Source: Dehalococcoidia bacterium (GTDB lineage: Bacteria > Chloroflexota > Dehalococcoidia > Bin125). Taken from it: a DNA stretch of 64,000 nucleotides. Below the pieces are notes generated by a model, which saw only the letters and a program-made list of their open reading frames with translations, made no database searches and was not told the origin of the DNA. Each line of letters opens with the position of its first letter. The stretch's first letter is position 1. Made by a program: the position numbers and the translations under genes. Positions 9,532 to 17,214 of this stretch are shown here, in pieces. The DNA lies in assembly GCA_965209205.1 (NCBI GenBank), contig CBDBQC010000002.1, positions 193,753 through 257,752 of the forward strand. The letters run 5' to 3'.

Positions 9532-10461
9532 CTAGCGGATGTTGCGCAGGCGCGGATCGAAGGCGTCCCGCACGCCGTCGCCGACGAAGTTGAACGACAT
9601 CACGAGCAGGATGATGGCCGCGCCCGGCGCGACGATCGGCCAGAACGAGAAGAAGATCTCCTGGTACCCCGTGGCCACCATGCCGCCCCAGGCGGGCGTG
9701 GGCGGCTGCACTCCCGCGCCGATGAAGCTGAGCCCGGCTTCGACCAGGATGATGCCGGCGGCCGAGAGCGAGGCCAGCACCATGATCGGCGCGACGACGT
9801 TGGGCAGCAGGTGGCGCGCCATGATCCGGGCCGGGGTCGCGCCGATCGCGCGGGCGGCGTCGATATAGACCTCTTGCTTGAGGGAAAGGACGAGGCTGCG
9901 GGTGAGCCGGGCGTAGCCGGGCGACCAGACGAACCCGACGATGATCATCGTGTTCGTGATGCTGGGCCCGAGCGCCGCCGTGATGGCGAGGATGAGGACC
10001 AGACCGGGCATCGCCATAAGGGCATCGACGATCCGCATGATCACGAGCTCGTCCAGCTTGCCGCCTACGTACCCGGCGATGAGCCCCAGCGGGACACCGA
10101 TCCCGATGGCGACAGCGAGCGCGGCGAGCACCACCTGCCAGGCGATGCGGGCGCCGAAGATCGTGCGGCTGAGCTGGTCACGGCCCAGCGTGTCGGTGCC
10201 GGCGATGCGGTCCCAACTCGGAGCGCCGAGGAGGTTGTCGTAATCGGGGGCCAGGGGATCAGACGGCGCGATCAGCGGCGCGAACGCCGCCACGATGCCG
10301 AAGCCGAGCAGCAGCAGCGCCCCCACCACCGCGGGCCGGTTGCGCGCGTACACGCGCGCAATCCCGCGCACCTGCGCGATCCGGGGATGGTCGCGCAGGC
10401 GTGCCTGCCCGAACGCGGGCAGCCGGGCGTCAACGCCGGCGGGCGCCGATGTCTTGCGCAC
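9532..10461 (-). CDS. ABC transporter permease, Opp/Dpp/Nik C-type
   Basis: ORF 9532..10479 trimmed to GTG 10461, with GAGGGGGG upstream, 1 nt after the stop of the B-type permease. Paralogue of 41643..42578. Confidence 0.9.
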   Translation of the reverse strand: MRKTSAPAGVDARLPAFGQARLRDHPRIAQVRGIARVYARNRPAVVGALLLLGFGIVAAFAPLIAPSDPLAPDYDNLLGAPSWDRIAGTDTLGRDQLSRTIFGARIAWQVVLAALAVAIGIGVPLGLIAGYVGGKLDELVIMRIVDALMAMPGLVLILAITAALGPSITNTMIIVGFVWSPGYARLTRSLVLSLKQEVYIDAARAIGATPARIMARHLLPNVVAPIMVLASLSAAGIILVEAGLSFIGAGVQPPTPAWGGMVATGYQEIFFSFWPIVAPGAAIILLVMSFNFVGDGVRDAFDPRLRNIR

Positions 10462-10462
10462 G

Positions 10463-11419
10463 CTACCCCCCTCGCCCAACGCGGATCCGCGGATCGATGA
10501 AGGGGTACGAGAGATCGATGATCAAGTTGACCAGGATCGTCATCACCGCGAAGAACATGACGGTGTTCTGGACGACGGAATAGTCCTTCCGGACCACCAC
10601 CGCCTCGACGAACAGACTTCCCATGCCGGGAATGGCGAAGACCTGCTCCACGATCACCGCCCCGCTGAAGATCAACCCCACCTGGAACCCGAACACGGTG
10701 ATGATCGGGACGAGGGCGTTGCGCAGCGCGTGCCGCACGAGCACCGCCCGTTGCGAGAGCCCCTTGGCCCGCGCCGTGCGGATGTAGTCATCGTTGAGCA
10801 CGTTGATCATGGCCGAGCGCGTCTGGCGCATCAGCAGCGTCGTCGCGGTCAGCGAGATGGCGATGACCGGCAGCGCCATGTGCCGCAGGTTCTGGACGAG
10901 ATCCTCCCAAATGGGCTCGTAGCCGACGACCGGGAGCCAGCCGAGCTCCAGGCTGATCACGATGATCAGCCCGATGCTGGTCAGGAACTCCGGGATCGAA
11001 TTGCCCGCGATCATGAGCGTGCTGGCGGCCACCTCCGTCCGAGAGCCGGGACGCAGCGCCGCAAGGACGCCGACCGGAATGGCGACGGTCACGATCACGA
11101 TCAGCGCGAGCAGCCCCAATTCCAGTGTGGCGGGAGCGCGATGCTCGAACAGCTCCGTGATCGGGATTCCGGTGAGCATGCTCGCGCCGAGATCGCCGTG
11201 CATGGCCCCCGTGAGCCAGTCGGCGTACCGCTCCAAGAGCGGATCGTTCAAGCCCAGACGCTCCCGAAACTCCGCAATGTCGGACGGGGTGGCGTTGATC
11301 CCCAGCAACGCCGAGGCCGGGTCGCCGGGGAGGATATTCATCAGCGCGAAGGCGATGACACTGATCATCCAGAGCACCAGGATGGACGAGAGTATTCGCA
11401 TGGTGGCGTAACGGATCAT
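10463..11419 (-). CDS. ABC transporter permease, Opp/Dpp/Nik B-type
   Basis: ORF 10463..11509 trimmed to ATG 11419 (MIRYATMRILSSILVLW...). Contains the RTARAKGL EAA-loop motif. Confidence 0.9.
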   Translation of the reverse strand: MIRYATMRILSSILVLWMISVIAFALMNILPGDPASALLGINATPSDIAEFRERLGLNDPLLERYADWLTGAMHGDLGASMLTGIPITELFEHRAPATLELGLLALIVIVTVAIPVGVLAALRPGSRTEVAASTLMIAGNSIPEFLTSIGLIIVISLELGWLPVVGYEPIWEDLVQNLRHMALPVIAISLTATTLLMRQTRSAMINVLNDDYIRTARAKGLSQRAVLVRHALRNALVPIITVFGFQVGLIFSGAVIVEQVFAIPGMGSLFVEAVVVRKDYSVVQNTVMFFAVMTILVNLIIDLSYPFIDPRIRVGRGG

Positions 11420-11443
11420 GGTGGGTGACCCTTGCCGGGAAGC

Positions 11444-11515
11444 GCGGTGCGCGAGCGGCGGACGCGCGCACCGCAGAGGCGACCCCTGCCCGAATCGGGC
11501 GGGCGCCACCTCTGC
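11444..11515 (-). other. GC-rich hairpins between the SBP and permease genes
   Basis: A 10-bp perfect stem (gcggtgcgcg 11444-11453 / cgcgcaccgc 11465-11474). It is followed by a long imperfect hairpin gcagagg...cctctgc (11473-11515) with an inner gcccg-aat-cgggc. Confidence 0.45.
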
Positions 11516-11530
11516 GGTGCACGCGAGTGC

Positions 11531-13840
11531 CTACAGGTCGAACCAGACGGTATGGGCGTCGTCTTTCAGGATCCCGTCGACGTCGCGCCAAGCAAGGCCT
11601 TTGACGTAGTCTGGCGCCATCTCGACGTTGCTGTACTGCACGTAGGTGCTTTGCCACTCGTTCTCGAGTATCGCTTCGAACCATTTGTGGTACAGGGGGG
11701 TTCGCTCCTCGGGAGTCGGTACCCGGGCGGCAGCGTCCATCAGGTCAAACAGGTCGTTCGCCTCTGCCCCAAGGGCCGTGGATCGATCGGCCTTCTCCTC
11801 GCCGAAATAGCCAATCTGGTAACCCCGATGGTTCTCGGCGATGCCTCGGAACACGGGGTCTGGGTCGTAGGGGGACTCCCAGGTATAGAACGCCATATCC
11901 CACGGCCCAGACTGGCCGCCCGAGAACAGCCGCTCGACCGAGACAGGGATCTCCTCCGCGATGACTTCGAAGTTGATGCCGATCTCCCGATTCTGGGCCT
12001 GCAGGGCCTCGGCCATCCTTGGCTGGGGCTGGAAGCTGAAGGTGATCATCGTGAGATCGACGCCGTCGCCGTACCCTGCCGCGTCCAACAACTTCCGCCC
12101 CTCGGCCGGGTCGTACGAGTTCTCGTAGAAGTCCCTGCCGCCCTCGTGATACCAGGCCTGGACCGCCCCAATGCCCCTGCTGACGGCGCCAGACTCATGG
12201 AACCCGACCTTCCGGAGTTGCTCCCGTTGGATCGCCGCCGTGTGGGCCTTGCGGACCCGGACATCCCCCATCGGACTTTCCTGCGCCGGGTCCATGTTGT
12301 ACCAGTTGTTCACCCAAGTCTGGTACAGCCCTGTGAGGACCTGGAAACCGTCGGCCTCCAAATCGGCAACTTGATCGGTGGGAAGGGCATAGCCGATCGG
12401 TTTCCCCATGTCGAATTCGCCGGCCTGGAACGCGGCGAAGCCCGAGTTTTCGTCAGGGACCGTGAACGCATGCCACCCGTCCAGCCAGATGTTCTCCGCA
12501 TTCCAGTAGTCGTCGAACCGGCTGCTCTCGAAGACGTCGTTGTCGATGTTGCGGTCGAACTTGAACGGACCGGCCCCCACCGGGTTGGTGGACGCATCAT
12601 CGAAGTTGGCCGGCGAGATCATCATGCCGGCGGCCGGGCGCCCGAAGAAGCCCGCCAGCGTTGGCGCGAACGGCTCGCTGTTCACCAGCCGGAACGTGGA
12701 GGCGCTTACTGCCTCAAGCGAGTCCGCGCTCGCGAGTCCGGATTTGATGCTGGTGGGACTGATCTCCTGGATCCGCTCCATGTTCAGCCGGACCGCCTCC
12801 GCGTCGACGACGCTCCCGTCGTGGAAGAGGGCGCCGCGCATGTGCAAGTTGTACGTCACCGGGTCTGGGATTTCCCAGCTGTCCGCCAGCATCGGGATCG
12901 CATTGCCATTGCTGTCGTAGTCCAGGAGGCGGTCGAAGACGCGGTTGAGGAACCAAAAGTGAGCGCCGCCGTGGGTGTTTATGGCCGGGTCCCACCCCTC
13001 AATCGCCTGGGTGTTGTAGGCGCGCGCGATCCCGCCCCGGCGGGGGCCGGTGGCGGCGGCTGGCGCCTCGTCCTCCTCCGCCGCCATGGCCGCGCTCTCG
13101 GCGGCCTCCTGGGCCGCGTCCGCGGCCTCTTGGGCCGCGGCGACGGCCGCGGCGGCGGTCTCGGCCGCGGCTTCGGCGGTCTCCTGGGCGGTGGCGGCGG
13201 CCGCCCCGGCGGCGGCGGACGCCTCCCCGGCAGCAGCCGCAGCCGCGGCTGCCGCCTCGGCAGCCTCGTCGATGGCGGCCTGGGCGGCGGCGGCGGTGGC
13301 CGTGCCGGCCTCGACCGCGGCGGCCGCGTCACGGGCGGCCTGGGCGGCCGCTTCCGCGGCCTCGGAGGCGGCGGCCGCGACAGCCGCGGCAGCCTGATCG
13401 CCGGCCGCGGATGCGGCGGCGGCCGCGTCGGCGGCAGCCGCAGCGGCGGCTTCCGCGGCCGCGGCCGCGTTGGCGGCGTCCTCCGACTCGGCCGCCTGGG
13501 CGGCCAGGGCGGCGGCCGCATCGGCGGCGTCGGCCGCCTGCGAGGCCGCGGCGGAGGCCTCGGACGCGGCGGCAGCCGCCTCAGCGGCGGCGTCCGCGGC
13601 GGCCTCGGTTTCGGCGGCCCGCGCCTCGCCGGCGGCGATGGCCGCGGCGGCGGCCTCCTCCGCGGCCGAGGCGGCCCGTTCGGCCGCCGCGGTCCCGGCG
13701 GCGGCGGCATCGTCGTCGTCGCCGCAGCCGACGAGCGCGAGGCCCGCAACTCCAACGCCGGCTTTGGCGCTGGCTCCCAACATGGTGCGGCGCGAGATCT
13801 TTCGCTGTCGCAGGGTCGTCCAATGCTTCTGCGTGCTCAT
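11531..13840 (-). CDS. ABC solute-binding lipoprotein, family 5 (Opp/Dpp/Nik type), with ~230-aa Ala/Glu/Asp-rich tether
   Basis: ORF 11531..13918 trimmed to ATG 13840 (AAGGAA upstream). It has a Tat-like RKISRRTML motif, the lipobox LALVGC, then DDDD and a poly-Ala acidic linker (about 13046-13723), followed by a canonical family-5 SBP core. Confidence 0.9.
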   Translation of the reverse strand: MSTQKHWTTLRQRKISRRTMLGASAKAGVGVAGLALVGCGDDDDAAAAGTAAAERAASAAEEAAAAAIAAGEARAAETEAAADAAAEAAAAASEASAAASQAADAADAAAALAAQAAESEDAANAAAAAEAAAAAAADAAAAASAAGDQAAAAVAAAASEAAEAAAQAARDAAAAVEAGTATAAAAQAAIDEAAEAAAAAAAAAGEASAAAGAAAATAQETAEAAAETAAAAVAAAQEAADAAQEAAESAAMAAEEDEAPAAATGPRRGGIARAYNTQAIEGWDPAINTHGGAHFWFLNRVFDRLLDYDSNGNAIPMLADSWEIPDPVTYNLHMRGALFHDGSVVDAEAVRLNMERIQEISPTSIKSGLASADSLEAVSASTFRLVNSEPFAPTLAGFFGRPAAGMMISPANFDDASTNPVGAGPFKFDRNIDNDVFESSRFDDYWNAENIWLDGWHAFTVPDENSGFAAFQAGEFDMGKPIGYALPTDQVADLEADGFQVLTGLYQTWVNNWYNMDPAQESPMGDVRVRKAHTAAIQREQLRKVGFHESGAVSRGIGAVQAWYHEGGRDFYENSYDPAEGRKLLDAAGYGDGVDLTMITFSFQPQPRMAEALQAQNREIGINFEVIAEEIPVSVERLFSGGQSGPWDMAFYTWESPYDPDPVFRGIAENHRGYQIGYFGEEKADRSTALGAEANDLFDLMDAAARVPTPEERTPLYHKWFEAILENEWQSTYVQYSNVEMAPDYVKGLAWRDVDGILKDDAHTVWFDL

Positions 13841-13929
13841 GATCGGTTCCTTTCCGGGAACTACCGTTGGTCCCCCCGGGGGACCGTCGGGCTGGTGAGC
13901 ACGCGCAGTATGGCACATCCAGAAGCGAG

Positions 13930-13946
13930 CCCCCCCCCCCCCCCCC
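13930..13946. repeat. 17-nt homopolymer (C17 on + strand, G17 on - strand)
   Basis: Counted directly. It lies about 90 nt upstream of the SBP start codon and directly abuts a TTGACA hexamer (minus strand, 13949-13954). Confidence 0.95.
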
Positions 13947-13974
13947 TATGTCAAGTAAGAAGGAAATTATGGGG

Positions 13975-14004
13975 TTATCCACGGGATTTCCCAAGTTATC
14001 CACA
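13975..14004 (+). promoter_or_regulatory. two direct GTTATCCAC repeats (DnaA-box-like) 21 bp apart in an AT-rich island
   Basis: TTATCCACG at 13975-13983 and TTATCCACA at 13996-14004. The latter equals the classical DnaA box consensus. The surrounding 13947-14030 is conspicuously AT-rich for this sequence. Confidence 0.3.
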
Positions 14005-14075
14005 TGATTCTTCGGATTCGGGCGTCGTGGGACGGCCCGCTGTGTCACTCGAGCGGTTCCGGCGTGCGATCGCGG

Positions 14076-14127
14076 GGGAACCTCACCCCCTAACCCCCTC
14101 TCCATTGCAGAGCAATGGAGAGGGGGG
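14076..14127. repeat. REP-like palindromic element (GGGAACCTCACCCCC..CCCCCTCTCCATTGC-aga-GCAATGGAGAGGGGG)
   Basis: A perfect 15-bp inverted repeat (14094-14108 / 14112-14126) with a 3-nt loop. Related copies are at 14187-14217 and, inverted and degenerate, at 49704-49750. Confidence 0.6.
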
Positions 14128-14186
14128 ATCGGAAGGGGAGGAAGCGGGAGGATCCGCGGCGGCGCTCCGAAACCCTCCCTCCGGTC

Positions 14187-14217
14187 CCCCCTCTCCAGCG
14201 TCCAGCTGGAGAGGGGG
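14187..14217 (-). terminator. hairpin immediately 3' of the hydrolase stop codon (REP-like core)
   Basis: CCCCCTCTCCAGC (14187-14199) pairs with GCTGGAGAGGGGG (14205-14217) around a 5-nt loop. It abuts the TAG stop at 14218-14220. Only a weak U-tract follows on the minus strand. Confidence 0.45.
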
Positions 14218-15102
14218 CTAGGGGCCGCCGTCCCCCCCGAAGAACTCCCGCGCGGCGTCGATCACCAACTCGGGCTCGTCGTGGTGGACCCAGTGGCCCG
14301 CCCCCGGCATGACCAGCGCCCGCGCGTTCGGGAAGTGCTCGACGGCCGACTGCATGTTCTGCTTCGCCCCCGACTCCCCCCCAACGATGTACAGCACCGG
14401 CCGGTCGATCCGCGCGAAGAAGGCCTTCGCCTCGTCCAGACTGACCTCTTCGTTGCGCACGCCGGGCCGCGCCCAGTTGTCGAACTTCCACACGTACCCG
14501 GCCTCCCCCGCGTCCGACTCGACGGGCCGCACGGCGTGCTCGGCGATGTGCCGCGCCAGCGGCGGGCTGAGGCGCGGGTTCTGCTGCGAGAGGCGGCGCC
14601 GGGCGGCCTCGATCGACGGGTAGACGCGCGGCGTCCGCGTCTCCAGGCCGCGCCGCGTCACGACGGCCTGGCGCAGCAGGTCGGGCGAGAACGGCCGCCG
14701 CTGCGTCCAGCCGGCCAGCCGGCCCTCGATCGCGACGATGCTGTGGAAGCGCTCCGGGACGGCGCCCGCCGCCATGAACGTCACGTGCCCGCCGAAGGAG
14801 TGCGCCAGCACCCGCACCGGCCCGTCGAGCCGGTCGACCAGCGCCATCAGGTCGACGACGTTCTGCGAGGTGCTGTACTCGCCGCCGATGGCCCACTGCG
14901 AGTCGCCGTGGCCGCGCAGGTCCGGCGCGACCACGTAGTAGGCGTCGCTCAGCGCCTCCGCCATCCGATCCCAGCTGCGGGCCTGATCGACGCCGCCGTG
15001 CAGGCAGATGCAGGGCGGATGCGATGGGTCCCCCCAGGCCCAGTAGGCGAGCCGCAGCCGCTGCGACTCGAAGAAGTGCTGCCGGGGCGCGTCGCTGGTC
15101 AT
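14218..15102 (-). CDS. alpha/beta hydrolase
   Basis: ORF 14218..15102. Contains CLHGGVDQARSW, the nucleophile elbow HSFGG, and C-terminal GAGHWVHHD. ATGA overlap with the upstream CoA-transferase. Confidence 0.85.
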   Translation of the reverse strand: MTSDAPRQHFFESQRLRLAYWAWGDPSHPPCICLHGGVDQARSWDRMAEALSDAYYVVAPDLRGHGDSQWAIGGEYSTSQNVVDLMALVDRLDGPVRVLAHSFGGHVTFMAAGAVPERFHSIVAIEGRLAGWTQRRPFSPDLLRQAVVTRRGLETRTPRVYPSIEAARRRLSQQNPRLSPPLARHIAEHAVRPVESDAGEAGYVWKFDNWARPGVRNEEVSLDEAKAFFARIDRPVLYIVGGESGAKQNMQSAVEHFPNARALVMPGAGHWVHHDEPELVIDAAREFFGGDGGP

Positions 15103-16340
15103 GCCGTGCGGATCGCGCCGCTGTCCTTCAGCGTCTCGATCTCATCCCAGCCGTAGCCGATCGACCGCAGGATCTCCTCCGTGTGGAAGCCCAGGATGGG
15201 ACCGCTGCCCTGCACGCGCGGCGGCGTCGCGGTCATGTGGATGGGCGGCCCGGGCACCCGCATGGGCCCCAGGTGCGGCGTCTCGATCTCCTGCAGGTAG
15301 CCGTTCGCCCAGTACTGCGGGTGGGCGCTCATGCCGGCGTAGTCGAGCACCGGCGCGTGCGGCACGTCGTGCCGCTCCAGGGGCGCCAGCCAGTCGGCCA
15401 GGGGCCGGGTGCGGAAGACGGCGTCGAGCGCCGCGACCAGCGCGTCCTTGTGCCGATCCCGCCCGAACGGCTCCGCGAAGCGCGCGTCGCTCCTGAGCTG
15501 CGGCGCGTCGAGGGCGTCGCAGAGGCGCTCCCACATGTCCTGCGTGTTGGCGGCGATGGCCACGTGGCGGCCATCGGCACAGGCGTAGTTGGTGTACGTC
15601 GCCGCCCGGCGGCGCTGGAAGCCGCGCTGCCGTCCGCTGCGCAGGAACTCCGTGATCTGCTTCGACTGCATCGCCACCATGCCGCCGATCAGCGAGCCGT
15701 CGATGTGCTGGCCGACGCCGTCGCGCTGGCGCACGTACAGCGCCGACGCGATGCCGAACGCCAGCAGCATCGCGCCGACCTGATCGGCGAAGCCGCCGAT
15801 CAGCGCCTGCGGTTCGCCGCCGGGGCCCTCGCCCTGCTCGTACATCACGCCGCTCAGCGCCTGCGCCACGTGGTCGTAGCCCCCGCGTGACGCCCAGGGG
15901 CCGTCTCGTCCCCAGGCCGACGCCGACGCGAAGACGATGTCGGCCCGCAGCCGCCGGCAGTCCTCGTAGCCAATGCCCAGCCGCTCCATCACGCCCGGCC
16001 GGAAGTTCTCCACGACGACGTCGCAGGTCGGCACCAGCCGGCGCACGACGCCGACCGCGCCCGGGCGCTTCAGGTCGAGCGTGATGCTGCGCTTGCCGCG
16101 GTTGTGCCCCTCGAAGTAGGAGGAGAAGCCCTCGGGGTTCAGGCCGCTGGCGCGGCCCATCTCGCCGCCGGGTGGCTCGACCTTGATCACCTCCGCCCCC
16201 ATGTCGGCCAGCAGCAACGTCGCGAAGGGTCCCTGCTGGGCGCGCGTGAAGTCGAGCACCCGTACCCCCGTCAGCGCCGACGCCGGGGCGTCGTCCGGGG
16301 GTGGGATGATCGTGTCGGGGCGTGTGTCGAGTGTCGTCAT
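15099..16340 (-). CDS. CoA-transferase family III (CaiB/BaiF-like)
   Basis: ORF 15099..16385 trimmed to ATG 16340 (MTTLDTRP...LTGVRVLDFTRAQQGPFATLLLADMGAEVIKVEPP). Confidence 0.9.
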   Translation of the reverse strand: MTTLDTRPDTIIPPPDDAPASALTGVRVLDFTRAQQGPFATLLLADMGAEVIKVEPPGGEMGRASGLNPEGFSSYFEGHNRGKRSITLDLKRPGAVGVVRRLVPTCDVVVENFRPGVMERLGIGYEDCRRLRADIVFASASAWGRDGPWASRGGYDHVAQALSGVMYEQGEGPGGEPQALIGGFADQVGAMLLAFGIASALYVRQRDGVGQHIDGSLIGGMVAMQSKQITEFLRSGRQRGFQRRRAATYTNYACADGRHVAIAANTQDMWERLCDALDAPQLRSDARFAEPFGRDRHKDALVAALDAVFRTRPLADWLAPLERHDVPHAPVLDYAGMSAHPQYWANGYLQEIETPHLGPMRVPGPPIHMTATPPRVQGSGPILGFHTEEILRSIGYGWDEIETLKDSGAIRTA

Positions 16341-16483
16341 GGTTCGGCTCCGTCCCGGCAGGGTACCGATCAACCCCCCGCCCATCCCAGCCCGTCGCCG
16401 TCACGGCTGACGCAGCCCCGCATCGCGGCTAGGGTTGCGGCGGCGCCGGACCCCCGGCCAGGATCACATGAAGGGTGGAAGCC

Positions 16484-17194
16484 ATGCAGCTCGAGGGCAA
16501 GGTCGCGGTCGTCACCGGCTCGGGGCGCGGTATCGGCCGCGCGATCGCGATCGCCTACGCGAGGGAGGGCGCCAAGGTCGTCTGCTCGGCACGCTCGGTC
16601 GGCGAGATCGAGGCGGTGGCCGCCGAAGTCGGCGGCACGGCCATCCGCTGCGACGTCACCGACGAGGCCGAGATCCGCGCCCTCATCGACGGCGCGCTGG
16701 CCGCCTACGGCCGCCTCGACATCCTGGTCAACAACGCCGGCGCAGTCGCCCGCCTGCCCGTGCACGAGCTTCCCGTCGAGGACTGGGACCACGTGATGAA
16801 CGTCAACCTGCGCGGCGTCTTCCTCTGCACCAAGTACGCGATCCCGCCGATGCTGGCGCAGGGCAGCGGGTGCATCATCAACATCAGCTCCGGCGCCGGC
16901 GTCGTGGGGCCCGCCAACCGCTCGGCCTACGCGGCCTCGAAGCACGGCGTGATGGGCCTGACGAAGACCTGCGTCGCGGAGTACCTGCACCAGGGTGTCC
17001 GCACGCACGTCATCCTGCCCGACGCCACCGTCTCCCGCATGCGCCACGAGGGCTTCCCCGACGAGGACCCCGAGTCCCTCATCCAGGCCGAGGACATCGC
17101 CGACGCCGCGGTCTTCCTGGCCACGCAGCCCGCCACCGCGCACACCTTCGAGTTGCGCGTCAGCCAGGGGCTGCCGACCCGCTTCGTCTCCTAG
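16484..17194 (+). CDS. short-chain dehydrogenase/reductase (SDR)
   Basis: ORF 16475..17194. ATG 16484 is preferred (AAGGGTGG upstream). Contains TGSGRGIGR, NNAG and YAASK motifs. Confidence 0.9.
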   Translation: MQLEGKVAVVTGSGRGIGRAIAIAYAREGAKVVCSARSVGEIEAVAAEVGGTAIRCDVTDEAEIRALIDGALAAYGRLDILVNNAGAVARLPVHELPVEDWDHVMNVNLRGVFLCTKYAIPPMLAQGSGCIINISSGAGVVGPANRSAYAASKHGVMGLTKTCVAEYLHQGVRTHVILPDATVSRMRHEGFPDEDPESLIQAEDIADAAVFLATQPATAHTFELRVSQGLPTRFVS

Positions 17195-17214
17195 ACGGGC
17201 CGCGACCGCCGCCC

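Noticed and set aside
13046-13723. A possible CRISPR array or other spaced repeat, because of the strong short-period repetitiveness.
   Set aside because: The periodicity is 3 nt (codon-level GCN). There are no 25-40 nt direct repeats separated by unique spacers, no cas genes, and the region is in frame within an SBP gene.
13846-13861. A hairpin GTTCC-tttccg-GGAAC overlapping the SBP ribosome-binding site, as a possible translational switch.
   Set aside because: The stem is only 5 bp. This is too weak to argue for regulation in a genome where much stronger hairpins are common.
12979-13898. Ala/Ser/Pro/Arg-rich ORFs on both strands over the SBP linker regions (for example 13050..13397, 13411..13842, 12979..13755, and likewise 59126..60690 and 18421..19263).
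   Set aside because: They are alternative frames of the GCN-repeat linker DNA of supported lipoprotein genes. They have no independent start or RBS support.
13968-14006. A mini-ORF, ATG GGG TTA TCC ACG GGA TTT CCC AAG TTA TCC ACA TGA (MGLSTGFPKLST), preceded by GAAGGA.
   Set aside because: It has only 12 codons and lies on the strand opposite to all neighbouring genes. Its apparent internal repeat is simply the two GTTATCCAC boxes read in frame. There is no way to support it from sequence alone.
13947-14030. A chromosomal replication origin, suggested by the perfect DnaA box in an AT-rich stretch.
   Set aside because: There are only two boxes, no dnaA, dnaN or other origin-linked genes, no AT-rich 13-mer-type unwinding repeats, and the surroundings are an ordinary operon junction. 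I kept it only as a possible regulatory site.
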